64,000 nucleotides of DNA, from contig OX597836.1 in assembly GCA_951406725.2 (NCBI GenBank), positions 23,312,001-23,376,000 of the forward strand, in the 5' to 3' direction. Numbering within the stretch: position 1 is the first letter of the stretch; every line of letters begins with the position of its first letter. The DNA comes from Octopus vulgaris. Taxonomy: Eukaryota. The notes beneath the pieces are model-generated. The model saw only the letters and a program-made list of their open reading frames with translations. It was not told where the DNA came from and did not search any database. A program made the position numbers and the translations under genes. This document shows positions 25,456 to 36,510 of this stretch, piece after piece.

Positions 25456-25685
25456 CCTATTTCTTTATTACCCACAAGGGGCTAAACATAGAGGGGACAA
25501 ACAAGGACAGACATAGGTATTAAGTCGATTACATCGACCCCAGTGCGTAACTGGTACTTAATTTATCGACCCCGAAAGGATGAAAGGCAAAGTCGACCTC
25601 GGCGGAATTTGAACTCACAACGTAACGCAGACGAAATACCGGTAAGCATTTCGCCCGGCGTGCTAACATTTCTGCCAGCTCGCCG
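25456..25685 (-). mobile_element. SINE family B
   Basis: Homologous to the copies at 31729 and 51029. Confidence 0.92.
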
Positions 25686-26188
25686 CTTCGATATATCCGG
25701 TTCGATCTATCCAATAATTTTACTAGTATTTTATCGATCCACAAAGGATGGGAACAGGTTTCATCATAGAAGATAACGAAAAGTAACTGACCACAGCAAC
25801 TTTAATCGTAGCGACTAATGAGAACTAACCACGGTAAGGTTTAATCGATGAAGATGCTGAGAGACAAATGATCACAATAAGGTTGAATCGTAGGTGTATT
25901 GAGTGCAAACTGACAACAACAGGTTTAATAACAGAAGATCGGAAAATGATTGCCGTAGGTAGTTTTATTACGCATCTTACGAGTTCATTGTTACATCATG
26001 TAAAAATATTTTTCTAACCTAGGCGGGCGACCAGATAACACAAGGGACTCTAATACTTGATTGAGACGAGAGCAGTCAACCTCACTTAATTATTTGTTGA
26101 GATCGTTTTGAAGACAGCATGCAAGAATGTGATGTTAATGTTTATATTTTATGATTACCGCAAATTTCCTTAACTTGACATAAAGATA

Positions 26189-27366
26189 TTGGATCGTCCC
26201 ATAAATAATGTGGGCTTTATATTATACTTCTTTTATTTCTCAAAATTAAGATAAACAAAGTTCTTTTTTAATCTAAAATATACTCTCCTTCGTTTTCTAC
26301 AATGCTCTTCAATCTGTCTGGCAGACTCGCTAGGCCCTTCTTCCATAATTCTCTTGTCCGTGACGAAAAATACTCCTCCAGTACTCTTCTGACCTTGAAG
26401 AGTGCTGAATAAATGATAATCAGATGGGGCAATGCCCAGCGAATATGATGGGTAGGGTATCGTTTCCTATTCAAACTGCTCCAGCCTTTGGAATGTCATC
26501 CTTGATGTATGTGGCCGAGCATTATCCTCACGGAAGAAGACCTTTTATCTTGAAATCAAAGATGGTCGTTTTTCTTCTAGCGCTGACTTAAGCCGCTCAA
26601 GCTGCTTGCAGTAGATCCCCTTTGTTATCGCTTGGTTTAGGTTTAAAAGTTCAAAGTGGATTAAATCTTTCATATCCCACCAAACAGATAACAATACCTT
26701 ACGTGGGTGAAGACCTTCTTTACCCTGGTGTGCCGGTGTTTCTCCTTTCCCTATCGACTGTCTTCGACGCTTAACAGTTTTGTAGAGAACCCACCAGTCA
26801 CTATTCGGTAAAAAAAGTTCATTGGTGAGACGTGACAGCAAAGAAGCGCACACATTCACTCTCTGCGCGCGATTAGACTCAGAAAGTTTGTGAGGAATCC
26901 ATTGATCCAATTTCCTGACTTTTCCGATGGCACGCAGGTGTCAATGAATGGTTGACCGACCACATCAAAGCTTCTCTGCTAGTTCCTCAACAGTTACGAT
27001 GGGATTTTGTTCCACCAGGGTTTGCAGGACGTCCTCGTCGAGCTCTACACATCTTTCTGGACGAAGATTCTCTTCTTGGTTGTAGTTTCCGGCATTAATA
27101 TTCCTCGCACTTTCCGTTGCATTGTTGCCTTTATTGAACTCATAAAGCAAAATATGCCGAATATACTCCTTTGGCACTTCCATTTTATCTTTGAAAAACT
27201 AACTGTTAAAATCGAACTGCACTCTTCAAAACTTGCACTAAGAATAACTGCAGGGTAAAATTACTACTTGCTTTTATAGCAAGTTGATGCAGCTAGTTTA
27301 TCCCGTCCCCCTCCGACTTTTAGTTCGGACAATTGAAAAAAACTGCATTATTTAGGGATGACCCAA
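26189..27366 (-). mobile_element. Mariner element with both TIRs and a disrupted transposase
   Basis: TIRs TTGGATCGTCCCATAAATAATG ... CATTATTTAGGGATGACCCAA flanked by TA. ATG at 27183 (MEVPKEYIRHILLYEFNKGNNA), then WIPHKL and KVLLSVWWD. Frameshifts and deletions. Confidence 0.92.
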
Positions 27367-27734
27367 TAAATTTCGATTTATACTGAATCAATTTTTATAT
27401 CTTTGCACCACTTAAAAACATAACGACAACTAATTCAAATATCACAAGAAAGAATTGATATGGGAACAATCAGTATAAGATTCATTCTTTGAAAAAACTT
27501 CTTAAGCCTTTCTGAAAAGTGTCGGAATCACTGTTGATCATGAGTAAAACGATGTTTTCTCAGTGCCACCGAATAGAGAGCAAATGGTCAGCTGCCAATC
27601 AGAGTTTCTAAATTCATTGGAACATCCAGGAGTTCAACAGTTTGAATTAAATCATAAAGTAGGACTTGTTCCCATAATTTCTTTGTGTCCTGGATGCACC
27701 ATGCCTGGTTGTAAAAAATTGCATACTCTTTGAC

Positions 27735-28100
27735 CTTACCTAGGTGTTTCGTGTATTTTAATATCGAACAGCATCTCCCAGGTGAGGCAGCCGAAGTTGA
27801 TCAGAACCTGACTTGAGTACCGGCAGCAAAATGTCCAAATATCAAAAGCCATCTGATGGCTTTCTACGCAGCTTCACTTACACAAAGAATGCTTTTTTCT
27901 CCTTTGTTCCATCCGAGAAATCCAATCAGTTGAGGACTTTTCAGAGAGTGCATCCCGCAAAGCTTTTAGAGCACACTTCTGTAACATTGTCAATAGGTTT
28001 ATATGTTTTCCAGCCTCTCTTCTAGCACTTTCCCATCGGTTCCTTGTGCTGGGCACGTTTGTGACCATTGACGAATCCCACAGTCAGATAGGAAGTACGT
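27735..28100 (-). mobile_element. 3' fragment of a restriction-like-endonuclease non-LTR retrotransposon (HERO-like)
   Basis: Minus strand gives LTV..., then VSEAA*KAIRWL, similar to the HERO C-terminal EAAE.AS.WLW. It is followed by CTGATCAACTTCGGCTGCCTCACCTGGG..CGAAACACC, recalled as a HERO-type 3' UTR (from memory, unverified). Confidence 0.5.
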
Positions 28101-28851
28101 GACTGCAATTGGTAAAGACTTTCATGGACGGCCGTATGTTGGTGGTTCACATGTTTGGAATTAGAACAATAAGTTTATACAGGTTGTATAACAAAACAAA
28201 CATGTATACACACGTGTGTACGCGCACACGGTCGTCTAGACACGTTTTTCTCTTAATGCTTGACTATAGTTATTTTTGTGTCTGGTTTCCGTTATTTGTA
28301 GTTTTGAATACGGTTTGTGCGTGAGTTTCTCTCTCTCTCTCTTTCTCTCGTTGTGTGTGTAAGGGAATTTGCTGGCAAGGCGTGTGAATTTCCCTTCTTA
28401 TTCACATGATATAAAGCTATGAATGAAATTCGACAGTTTTAATAGAAAATCTGAGTCTGTTTTCTGTATAGCAATGGAAATCGATGTAATCCAGCCACAG
28501 ACTCTCTTCGGAGAGAGGAAAACAAAATGAAGTCGATCCTTGGCCGGGGATTTTAGTTGTCATCATCAGTTTCTGTCGTCATTAGACGCCATGTTACCTG
28601 AGCTTTATATGTATATATTGTGTATGTATACGTGTGTGTGTGTGCGCGCATGAGCGTGTGAATATATATGCGTGTGTGTGAATATGTGTGTGTGTGTGAA
28701 TGTGTGTGAATATGTGTGTGAATGTGTGTGCGCGTGTGAATATCTGTGTGTGCGTGTGTATATGTGTGGGAATATGTGTGTGAATGTGTGTGTATATGCA
28801 TAGATATGTGTAAGTATATATGTGTATATGTATATATATATGTATATATAA

Positions 28852-28900
<49 letters not shown>

Positions 28901-29656
28901 CATGTGTATGAATATGTGTGTCAATATATAAATATATATATATATGGGTATATATATATATGTAATGAATATATGTGTATGTGTATATCTATGAATATAT
29001 ATATATATATGTACATCCATCCATCCATCCATCCATACATACTAATGACTGAAACAAGTAAAAGAGTATACATACATGTATATAATCACACAGACACGCG
29101 CGCGTTACGAAATACCAGACACAATATAAACACAAAACCACTGAGATGCGTAATTGTCGAACAAAGCAACAAGCAGCAATTCATTCTAAGTCGCAAGGAT
29201 TTCCCGTCATATTATTCCCCTACATGGTGTGGAGCTAGTTTGAAGGAGATTCGGCTGCTGTTCGAGCGATTAATTTATAGTCACACCCTGTTGTACTAAT
29301 TTAATTGTTTAGTTAGTTTTGTCTAACCCCAGGTGAGCCTTGATCGAACGGATCTGTAATCAAAGGCATTCCAGTATTGACCACCACACCCCGCTTTTCT
29401 ATCTGCGGGGAATCCAGAACGACGTAACCGCTGTCACTCCCGCCGCCACACTCCCACACACGTCCACATGCTTAGAAGAACGTTCTGAGACACCCACGCA
29501 GTCAAACTGTCTCTTCCCTAAACGAACAAACCACTCTTAGAAACATATTAAAAACAAACACTTTACAGATTTAATACAAACAATTAAGGAACCAGATAAG
29601 ACACACTCACGCGTACACACACACGTCTCTCTCTCTCTTGTCGCTTCTCTGCCAAG

Positions 29657-29746
29657 TGACGTGATTGTGCCGACATGAAAGAAAAGACCAGCTCGTAGAA
29701 ACAACATCGACAAGAATTAGGCGGAAGTGACGTTGTATGACGTCAT
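29657..29746. promoter_or_regulatory. Cluster of CRE/ATF sites including an ETS-CRE composite
   Basis: TGACGTG at 29657-29663, CGGAAGTGACGT at 29722-29733 and palindromic ATGACGTCAT at 29737-29746, in non-repetitive sequence. Confidence 0.45.
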
Positions 29747-29829
29747 CGTTGGTGATTTGACAGTCGGGTTGTGGCCACCACCACCACCCACGTTTATCAC
29801 CTGTTGGTAACCAGATAGCAAACGACTTC

Positions 29830-30230
29830 TACGTGACAGCTTGACCTGCTAGAAACAACAACCAAAATCTCTCTTGAACCACGCACCATCGTCCGGGAAG
29901 ACACTTTAGATAACGAACGTAGTCCTGGATTCATTGGATATAGGAAAAATAGACGTGATTGTCACGGTTGGAATACCTTTGTGTATGAGTCTGCCCTATC
30001 AATGTTGACCTGAGGTTAAACAACTACAACGAGAACAATAGTTTACATCAGTTGAGTGTGGTGGTCGCTCATTTTGCTAGAAATAGCAACAAAAATCTCC
30101 CTCAAATCACACCTTACTAAGGAATAGCACATTGGACTAACCCTAGTCACGGCAACAGAAAAAGCTGGGATGGTCACGGCTGGAACGTTTCAGGCCACAA
30201 ACCTGTTTAATCAGGTACAACTAATATTTA
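29830..30230 (+). repeat. Two diverged copies of an old interspersed repeat (family E, CAA-tailed)
   Basis: GCTAGAAA.A.CA.C.AAAATCTC and GTCACGG.TGGAA blocks at ~29848 and ~30076. Related minus-strand pieces at ~29305-29400 and ~57930-58030. Confidence 0.6.
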
Positions 30231-30285
30231 CTGAGGTTCAACTAATATTTTCTTACTTACTTACCTCACCCTCCTCCTCTTCCAC

Positions 30286-30330
<45 letters not shown>

Positions 30331-30973
30331 AGAAATTATTGAAAGAGCAAAAGTATATATATCTCGTATTCATCCGATTACTGGAGCTGAACTCTTTAGA
30401 AATTGTGATCACAGAGGGTGTCCAACTCAGACAGTTAAGTGCTAAGTGACCCCAATAAGTTGGCCTTGATAAGATACGAATCGCTAAACCGCGGAATGCG
30501 ATAAACAACAGCCAAGCCATTTGTTCTAATCTAATCTAACTTGCAACTGTGGATTTCCAATACGTCTAAAGAAGGCGGAGCGCTTAAATGCTGAAGTAAG
30601 GCGAAACTTTGTTAACCGCAATGTCACGCTGGAAGGTTTACGTTTAGGTCACAATTGTAAGAGAAATGCACATATGTAGATCAAATGAACGGAGAGCTCA
30701 CGAGTATACAAGAAAGGTGTAAAATCTTGTTTAGCTGTCGCTCACTGGCGCGTATGACCTGTTAGCTTGAGCCTCGTTTTCGCTCGTTGTTTCGATGTCT
30801 TTCTTATCGCAAGCTGACATATACACTCGCTCTTGGTCCTCCCGCTCTTGACCTCGCAGAAAAACATCGAAGATGTGACAGTTGGAAAGAGAAAGGGATG
30901 CACTAATACTAAATTGGTACTCGTTTACAGCCGATTAGAATTGGTCGCACAGCCGAGAAATCAAACAAACGTC

Positions 30974-31410
30974 GGATCTTTTCGGTTTGAACGGCAGTTT
31001 TTTTAAATAATTTCCACGTAACTAAACACTTTTAAACTTCGTATACTGGTAGAATGTGTTTATAAAACATCTTTTTCTCTTGGCTTTATTGAGAAAATTC
31101 TATAGTTTGTAAGACATTTGTTGTTTTTTTCTTCAATTTTTGCAATTTCAACCAATCAATGACGTCTATTGGAGGTGAAGACATTCTGTGCCGTATGAAT
31201 ATGTCCCTCGTTTAAGAAACAGATTGGGTTTATATACATTTCTGAAGAAAAAAAGATACTCTTCCCCCCAACCCTAACCCTAACTAACCCTAACTAGCCC
31301 TAACCCTAAAACAGATTGAAATGCAATAGATCGATAATAGGGTCATAATTATGGGTGACAATTTCATATGACACCACTAGAAAAAACTGCCGTTCAAACC
31401 GAAAATATCC
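30974..31410. mobile_element. Merlin-like MITE carrying telomere-like repeats
   Basis: TIRs GGATCTTTTCGGTTTGAACGGCAGTTTTT / AAAAACTGCCGTTCAAACCGAAAATATCC. Exact 8-bp TSD CAAACGTC at 30966-30973 and 31411-31418. Degenerate (TAACCC)n at 31270-31309. Confidence 0.88.
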
Positions 31411-31728
31411 CAAACGTCTGTATGATCGCAAACCCATGAAAAGAAAAGTATTTCTCATAGATTATAATGTATCGACAATAATTACTTATTATATTTAATT
31501 CGGTCCGAGTCGATAAAATAAACACCAATCGTATACTAGGGTCAATGTAAACGATTTTAACCGATGTAAACGATTTTCCTGTGCTGTGATCACCCTCATG
31601 GTCTGCACTAATTACTAGTCAGTGACTCTCTCCCCAGGAGTCGATCCTATGGTATTCCTTCCCGCATGGTTTTCTGGAGGTCAGTGACTAACAACTGCCG
31701 AAGAGGAACATTAAAAACTACGATATCA

Positions 31729-31959
31729 GGCGGCGAGCTGGCAGAAACGTTAGCACGCCGGGCGAAATGTGCAGCCGCATTTCGTCTGCCGTTACGTTCT
31801 GAGTTCAAATTCCGCCGAGGTCGACTTTACCTTTCATCCTTTCGGGGTCGATTAAATAAGTACCAGTTACGCACTGGAGTCGATATAATCGACTTAATCC
31901 GTTTGTCTGTCCTTGTTTGTCCTCTCCGTGTTTAGCCCCTTGTGGGTAGTAAAGAAATA
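31729..31959 (+). mobile_element. SINE family B, full length
   Basis: Head GGCGGCGAGCTGGCAGAAACGTTAGC, B box GAGTTCAAATTCC, TSD GATATCAG. Confidence 0.92.
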
Positions 31960-32337
31960 GATATCAGCTGTCCAGCTATCTGCAAACAATCAGCCGGTCC
32001 TTTTCCTTAATGTCATGTCAACTTAACGATTATCTCCCTTGCTCATATAAAGCTTGCTTTTAATTGTCATTTAGCAATCATGACGCATCCTCCCGAGACG
32101 GAGATAATTTTAATAAATCAAGAATTAATGTTGTATGGTATTTGATAGACCTGTATTTATCTGTTATTCAAACACATACCAGTGACCACTGGCCACTGAG
32201 TTATTATTCTAAGCTTATTTTTATTTAAGTTAAATGAACGTATTTCGTGGACAGACATGCTTTAAAGATGACCTTCTTACCTTCACAACGGTTCAAATGA
32301 CTCCAGGTTCAAATCCCTATACCATATCACATAATCA

Positions 32338-32374
<37 letters not shown>

Positions 32375-32460
32375 GTTGCTGCTGTTGCTACCGACACTAC
32401 CACTCTCCAAACCACTACACCATCATTTTCACCGCTACCACAACACAGCACTTACACTAT

Positions 32461-32493
<33 letters not shown>

Positions 32494-32644
32494 TACGTAA
32501 CCACTCCCTCCCTCCGCACTCGTCACCCCATCCTCCTCACAACTTCTCAAGTCAAACTATGACCCAATTGTGGCTTTGTTCAGATTTTCATTGAATTCTT
32601 GTCAGGTAAGACTGACCTGTGTAATTTGCGTGGGGTGGGGGAAG

Positions 32645-32846
32645 TGTGTGCGCATAAATATGTGTGTGTGTGAGAGAGAATATGCGTTGGGATTTGTGTG
32701 TGTGTGAATATGTGTGTGGGGTTTGTGCGTGTATGTGTGTAAATATGTGTGGGGATTTGTGTGTGTGAATATGCGTGTGGGGTTTGTGTGTGTGTGTGTG
32801 TGTGTATGTGAGAATGTGTGTGGTGTTTGTGTGTGTGTGTGTGAAT

Positions 32847-32884
<38 letters not shown>

Positions 32885-32914
32885 TGTTTGTGTGTGTGTG
32901 AGAATGTGTGTGGG

Positions 32915-32949
<35 letters not shown>

Positions 32950-33446
32950 AATATGCGTGAGGGTTTGTGCGTGTGTGTAAATATGTGTGGAGATTTGTAT
33001 GTGAATATGTGTGTGGAGTTTGTGTATGTGTGTGTGGGAATGTGTGGGAATTTGTGTGTGGGAATATGTGTGTGGGGTTTGTGTGAATGTGTGTGTGTCT
33101 GTGAGAATGTGTATGTGGGGTTTGTGTGTGTGTGTGTGAGAATATGTGTGTGGGGTTTCTGTGTGTATGTGAGGTTTGTATGTGTGTGTAAGTGAGAATA
33201 TGCGTGTGGGGGGATTTTGTGTGTATGTGTGTGTGTGTGTATATACGTGCTTGGGTGTCTATTCGTGTGTGTTAGCCTGTGTCTGTGTGTGCGTGTGCGC
33301 GCGTCTGTGTGATTGTGCTTGTGTTTGTGAATAAATGTGTTTGTGTGTGTGTGTGTGTGGGCGTGAGTAAATATGTTTGTGTGTGTGTGTGTGATTGGGT
33401 CTATAACGTAAATTTTGCATTTGTCTCTGTTTGTGGCTGTATGAGG

Positions 33447-33512
<66 letters not shown>

Positions 33513-33960
33513 AATGTTTGTGTGTATATAGGTTGGCAATCTGTGTATCTGCTTGTGTGCGTGTGAGTGCAGCCGTATCTGCAAGATTGTGTATGTGTGT
33601 ACTTGTGTGTATATTTATGTATATGTGTGTATATGCGTACGTATGTCTGTCTGTCTGTATGTATGTCTGTTTATGATTGTATGTGTGTGTGTATGTATGT
33701 ACATGTATATTTGTGTGTGTTGCACGTTTGTATGTGTGAACGTGTATGTACGTATATATATATATACGTACATAGAAGTACGTATCTATGCATGTGTATA
33801 TATTTGTTTGTGTACGTAAACATGTATATATATATATATGTGTGTGTGTGTGTATATGTATAAGTGGATGGATACGTGTATGCGTGTTTGTTCGCATGTA
33901 TGTATGTAGGCATGTGTGCACTGAATGTGCATGAATGTGTGTGTGTGTGTGTGTGTGTGT
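32645..33960. repeat. GT-rich micro/minisatellite
   Basis: (TG)n with a recurring GAGAATATGYGTGTGGGGTTTG unit (32660-33230), then degenerate (TG)/(TGTA). Confidence 0.9.
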
Positions 33961-34059
33961 ATGAGGTGTGTACTTATGGTTTTATTGCACTTCATGGATT
34001 AATATTATACGCTCCATTTTTTCACTTTACTTTCAAACAGGTCGTTTGCAACTCTCTTT

Positions 34060-34098
<39 letters not shown>

Positions 34099-34208
34099 TG
34101 TCTACCTATTTGTGTTGCATTTGTGTGTACGGCACAATGGCCTTTTCCATTTCAGTGAAATCTGGTGATTAAATAAAACGTGCAATACGATGAAAAGCAT
34201 CTCTCTCT

Positions 34209-34274
<66 letters not shown>

Positions 34275-34279
<5 letters not shown>

Positions 34280-34465
34280 TTTATTTTATATAAGGAGTTT
34301 ATACTAGAACTGTTTCATTCAAAAGAAATCATCAAGAGCTTCCTGATGATTTCTTTTGAATGAAACAGTTCTAGTCCTGTAGAAGCTCCTTCTATAAAAT
34401 AAATTAATTTACTCTGCTATGTATTGAGTACCTTATTTACTGTGGTTAACCCCGACTCAACCCGG

Positions 34466-34470
<5 letters not shown>
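34275..34470 (+). mobile_element. Short element H3 with a canonical-core HHR and an inverted partial copy, between TA tracts
   Basis: 34304-34334 is the reverse complement of 34344-34374, and the homology extends imperfectly outward. AATAAA lies downstream of the HHR. Confidence 0.75.
34336..34388 (+). ncRNA. Type I hammerhead ribozyme, canonical core
   Basis: GAGCTTC | CTGATGA | T-TTC-TTTT-GAA-T | GAAA | CAG-TTCTAGTC-CTG | TA | GAAGCTC. 7-bp stem I, 4-bp stem III, GUA site with the predicted cut after 34381. Confidence 0.8.
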
Positions 34471-34505
<35 letters not shown>

Positions 34506-34513
<8 letters not shown>

Positions 34514-34790
34514 ATATTTCGGAATGGTCATATTGCCAGTTTAGCCAATAAAAACACACGCACTATATATTTGGTGTTATTTTGCTTCAGTGTTATTTAT
34601 TTTTTACATTAATCTTAATCTTATTTCGGCCAGAGTTCTTTCGTCACACTCCTGTGACCGCATCAGTGGTCCTTTGTTTTCTTCTTTCGTATTATTGGCT
34701 AAACTGGCAATATGACCATTCCGAAATATAACAATATCTGTTTCAACACACGACTTCACATAAAAAATCTTGCACAACAAATATTTAAAC

Positions 34791-34791
<1 letters not shown>
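34506..34791 (-). mobile_element. Short element H4 with 46-bp inverted arms and a minimal HHR fold, between TA tracts
   Basis: Perfect inverted repeat 34506-34551 / 34692-34737. HHR-like fold on the minus strand at 34628-34672. Confidence 0.65.
34628..34672 (-). ncRNA. Minimal hammerhead fold (C9 variant)
   Basis: Minus strand: GGACCA | CTGATGC | G | GTCAC-AGGAGT-GTGAC | GAAA | G-AA-C | TC | TGGCC. Confidence 0.55.
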
Positions 34792-34827
<36 letters not shown>

Positions 34828-34828
<1 letters not shown>

Positions 34829-35483
34829 GAGGGGTAGTCAAAAATTATCCTCACTTTTGCCATAACATATCTTCATTATTGTCACACTGCCTTCTGCGCA
34901 TGCGTGGTTGTAGTTGGTACTATTGTGGTCACGTGATCGAAGTTTGAGCCGGATCGCGCCATTTTTCTTTCTGGCTTTACATGGCCGCTCCACTAGCAAT
35001 GTCCACCAAAGAGGAACAAACAGCAACGATCCGAGAGATGATAATGGGGAAACGGTTCACCATTAGCATCTCTCCAGCTTGCTGAATCTTCTCGTCAGTG
35101 GTGGAGGTTGACAGGCGTCTTGCTCCCTCTTCGTGCGTCACCTTTGTCCGGCCCCTTTTAAATTTCTCCATCCACTCATACACACTTCTACGCAGTAGTG
35201 TACTGTCTCCGTATTGTGCTAAAAGCCTCCGATGAATTCCAGCACTTGACACACCTTCCGACCAGAGAAATCGGATCGCTGCTTTTTGTTCTTCTTTGCT
35301 GTACATTGCTAGAGGAGCGGCCATGCTTACACTGTAAAGTACAAAAGAAAAATGATGCGATCAGACTCAAACTTCGACCACACGACCACAATAGTACCAA
35401 CTACAAGCACGCATGCGCAGAAGGCAGTGTGACAATAAAGATATATTATGGTAAAAGTGCGGAAAATTTTTGACTTCCCCTCA
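34828..35483. mobile_element. Non-autonomous mariner derivative with ~200-bp inverted 5' ends
   Basis: Termini CGAGGGGTAGTCAAAAATT / AATTTTTGACTTCCCCTCA with TA flanks. Minus-strand ORF 35324-34977 (MAAPLAMYSKEEQKAAIRFLWSEG...SVYEWMEKFKRGRT) is a mariner N-terminal HTH. The ATG region is repeated on the plus strand at 34981. Confidence 0.9.
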
Positions 35484-35640
35484 TATATATATATATAAGT
35501 AGTTGAATGAATTATCCTAGTATGGTTAACCGATACCCGGGTAGCAAATTCACGTCAGAAAACACGGTTGAAGCTACATGCCAAGGGCAGAAATCACGTG
35601 CTTTCGTGTGGAAATTTGTGTGTTTTTTTTTACTATAAAC

Positions 35641-35783
35641 AAATGAAAGAATGGAGTCGAACGACGATTTAACAAAATTCCTTTATTCTCGACATATGCT
35701 GCAGTCTTAAGAATATGCTGTCTTCCAAACATATGTCGAGAATAAAGGAATTTTGTTAAATCGTCGTTCGACTCCATTCTTTC

Positions 35784-35787
<4 letters not shown>
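35641..35787 (+). mobile_element. 58-bp perfect inverted repeat with an HHR 3'-half remnant, abutting (TA)n (H5)
   Basis: Arms 35641-35698 / 35730-35787. The right arm begins CAAA-CATATG-TC-GAGAATAAA (palindromic stem III, GUC triplet, polyadenylation signal). Confidence 0.6.
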
Positions 35788-35833
<46 letters not shown>

Positions 35834-36344
35834 TTTCTCGGACAAGTGCAAGGGACTTGTTTCTGCCTAATTTCAACATCATTTGCCAAAATAGTAGCGA
35901 AAAAATTTCCCAGTAAATCTGTATTATTAATGGGGAAGAAGAACTGAAATTTTTTCGGAATGAAATAACTTCCAAACATTACCCAGACTATCCACATCAT
36001 GCATATCAGGAGATATGGTCAATAGTAGTCGTTAGTGTTTGTATGTGAATGTGTTAACGTGAATGTAAGTACATTTGCTCAAGATGGCTTCGTAGTGTAT
36101 GTGTGTGCGAGTGAGACTGCGTGCACGTATATGTGCAGGTGTGAGCGCGTGTAAATGTGTGTTCGCGTAGATGTACCGGGAGGTATGACCAAAAGAAACT
36201 TAGTAACACACACACACACACACACAAAACCAACAAGACACACACAACCACATATACATATATATTCAACTTACCCCTCCCCTCAAAATTGCTGACCTCG
36301 TTCCGTAAGTCAGAAATAATAATTATTGTTTAGCAGATGGAAGG

Positions 36345-36510
36345 AGGCCGTGAGCTGGCAGACTCGTTAGCATGCCGGATAAAGTGCATACCGGATAAAG
36401 TACGGTACGCTCTGAGTTCGAATTCTGCTGAAGTCGACTTTACCTTCCGGGGTTCATAAAATAAGTACCAGTGGAACATTGGGGATCGATGTAATCGACT
36501 AGGACCCTCC
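36345..36510 (+). mobile_element. SINE family B, diverged
   Basis: GAGCTGGCAGACTCGTTAGC..GAGTTCGAATTC..GTCGACTTT. Confidence 0.8.

Noticed and set aside
31270-31309. True telomere or chromosome-fusion scar
   Set aside because: Short, degenerate and enclosed in a TSD-bounded MITE.
32580-33584. 334-aa His/Thr-rich ORF and similar HT/VC/YLSI/poly-L/poly-P ORFs across the window
   Set aside because: All coincide with microsatellites and have no domain content.
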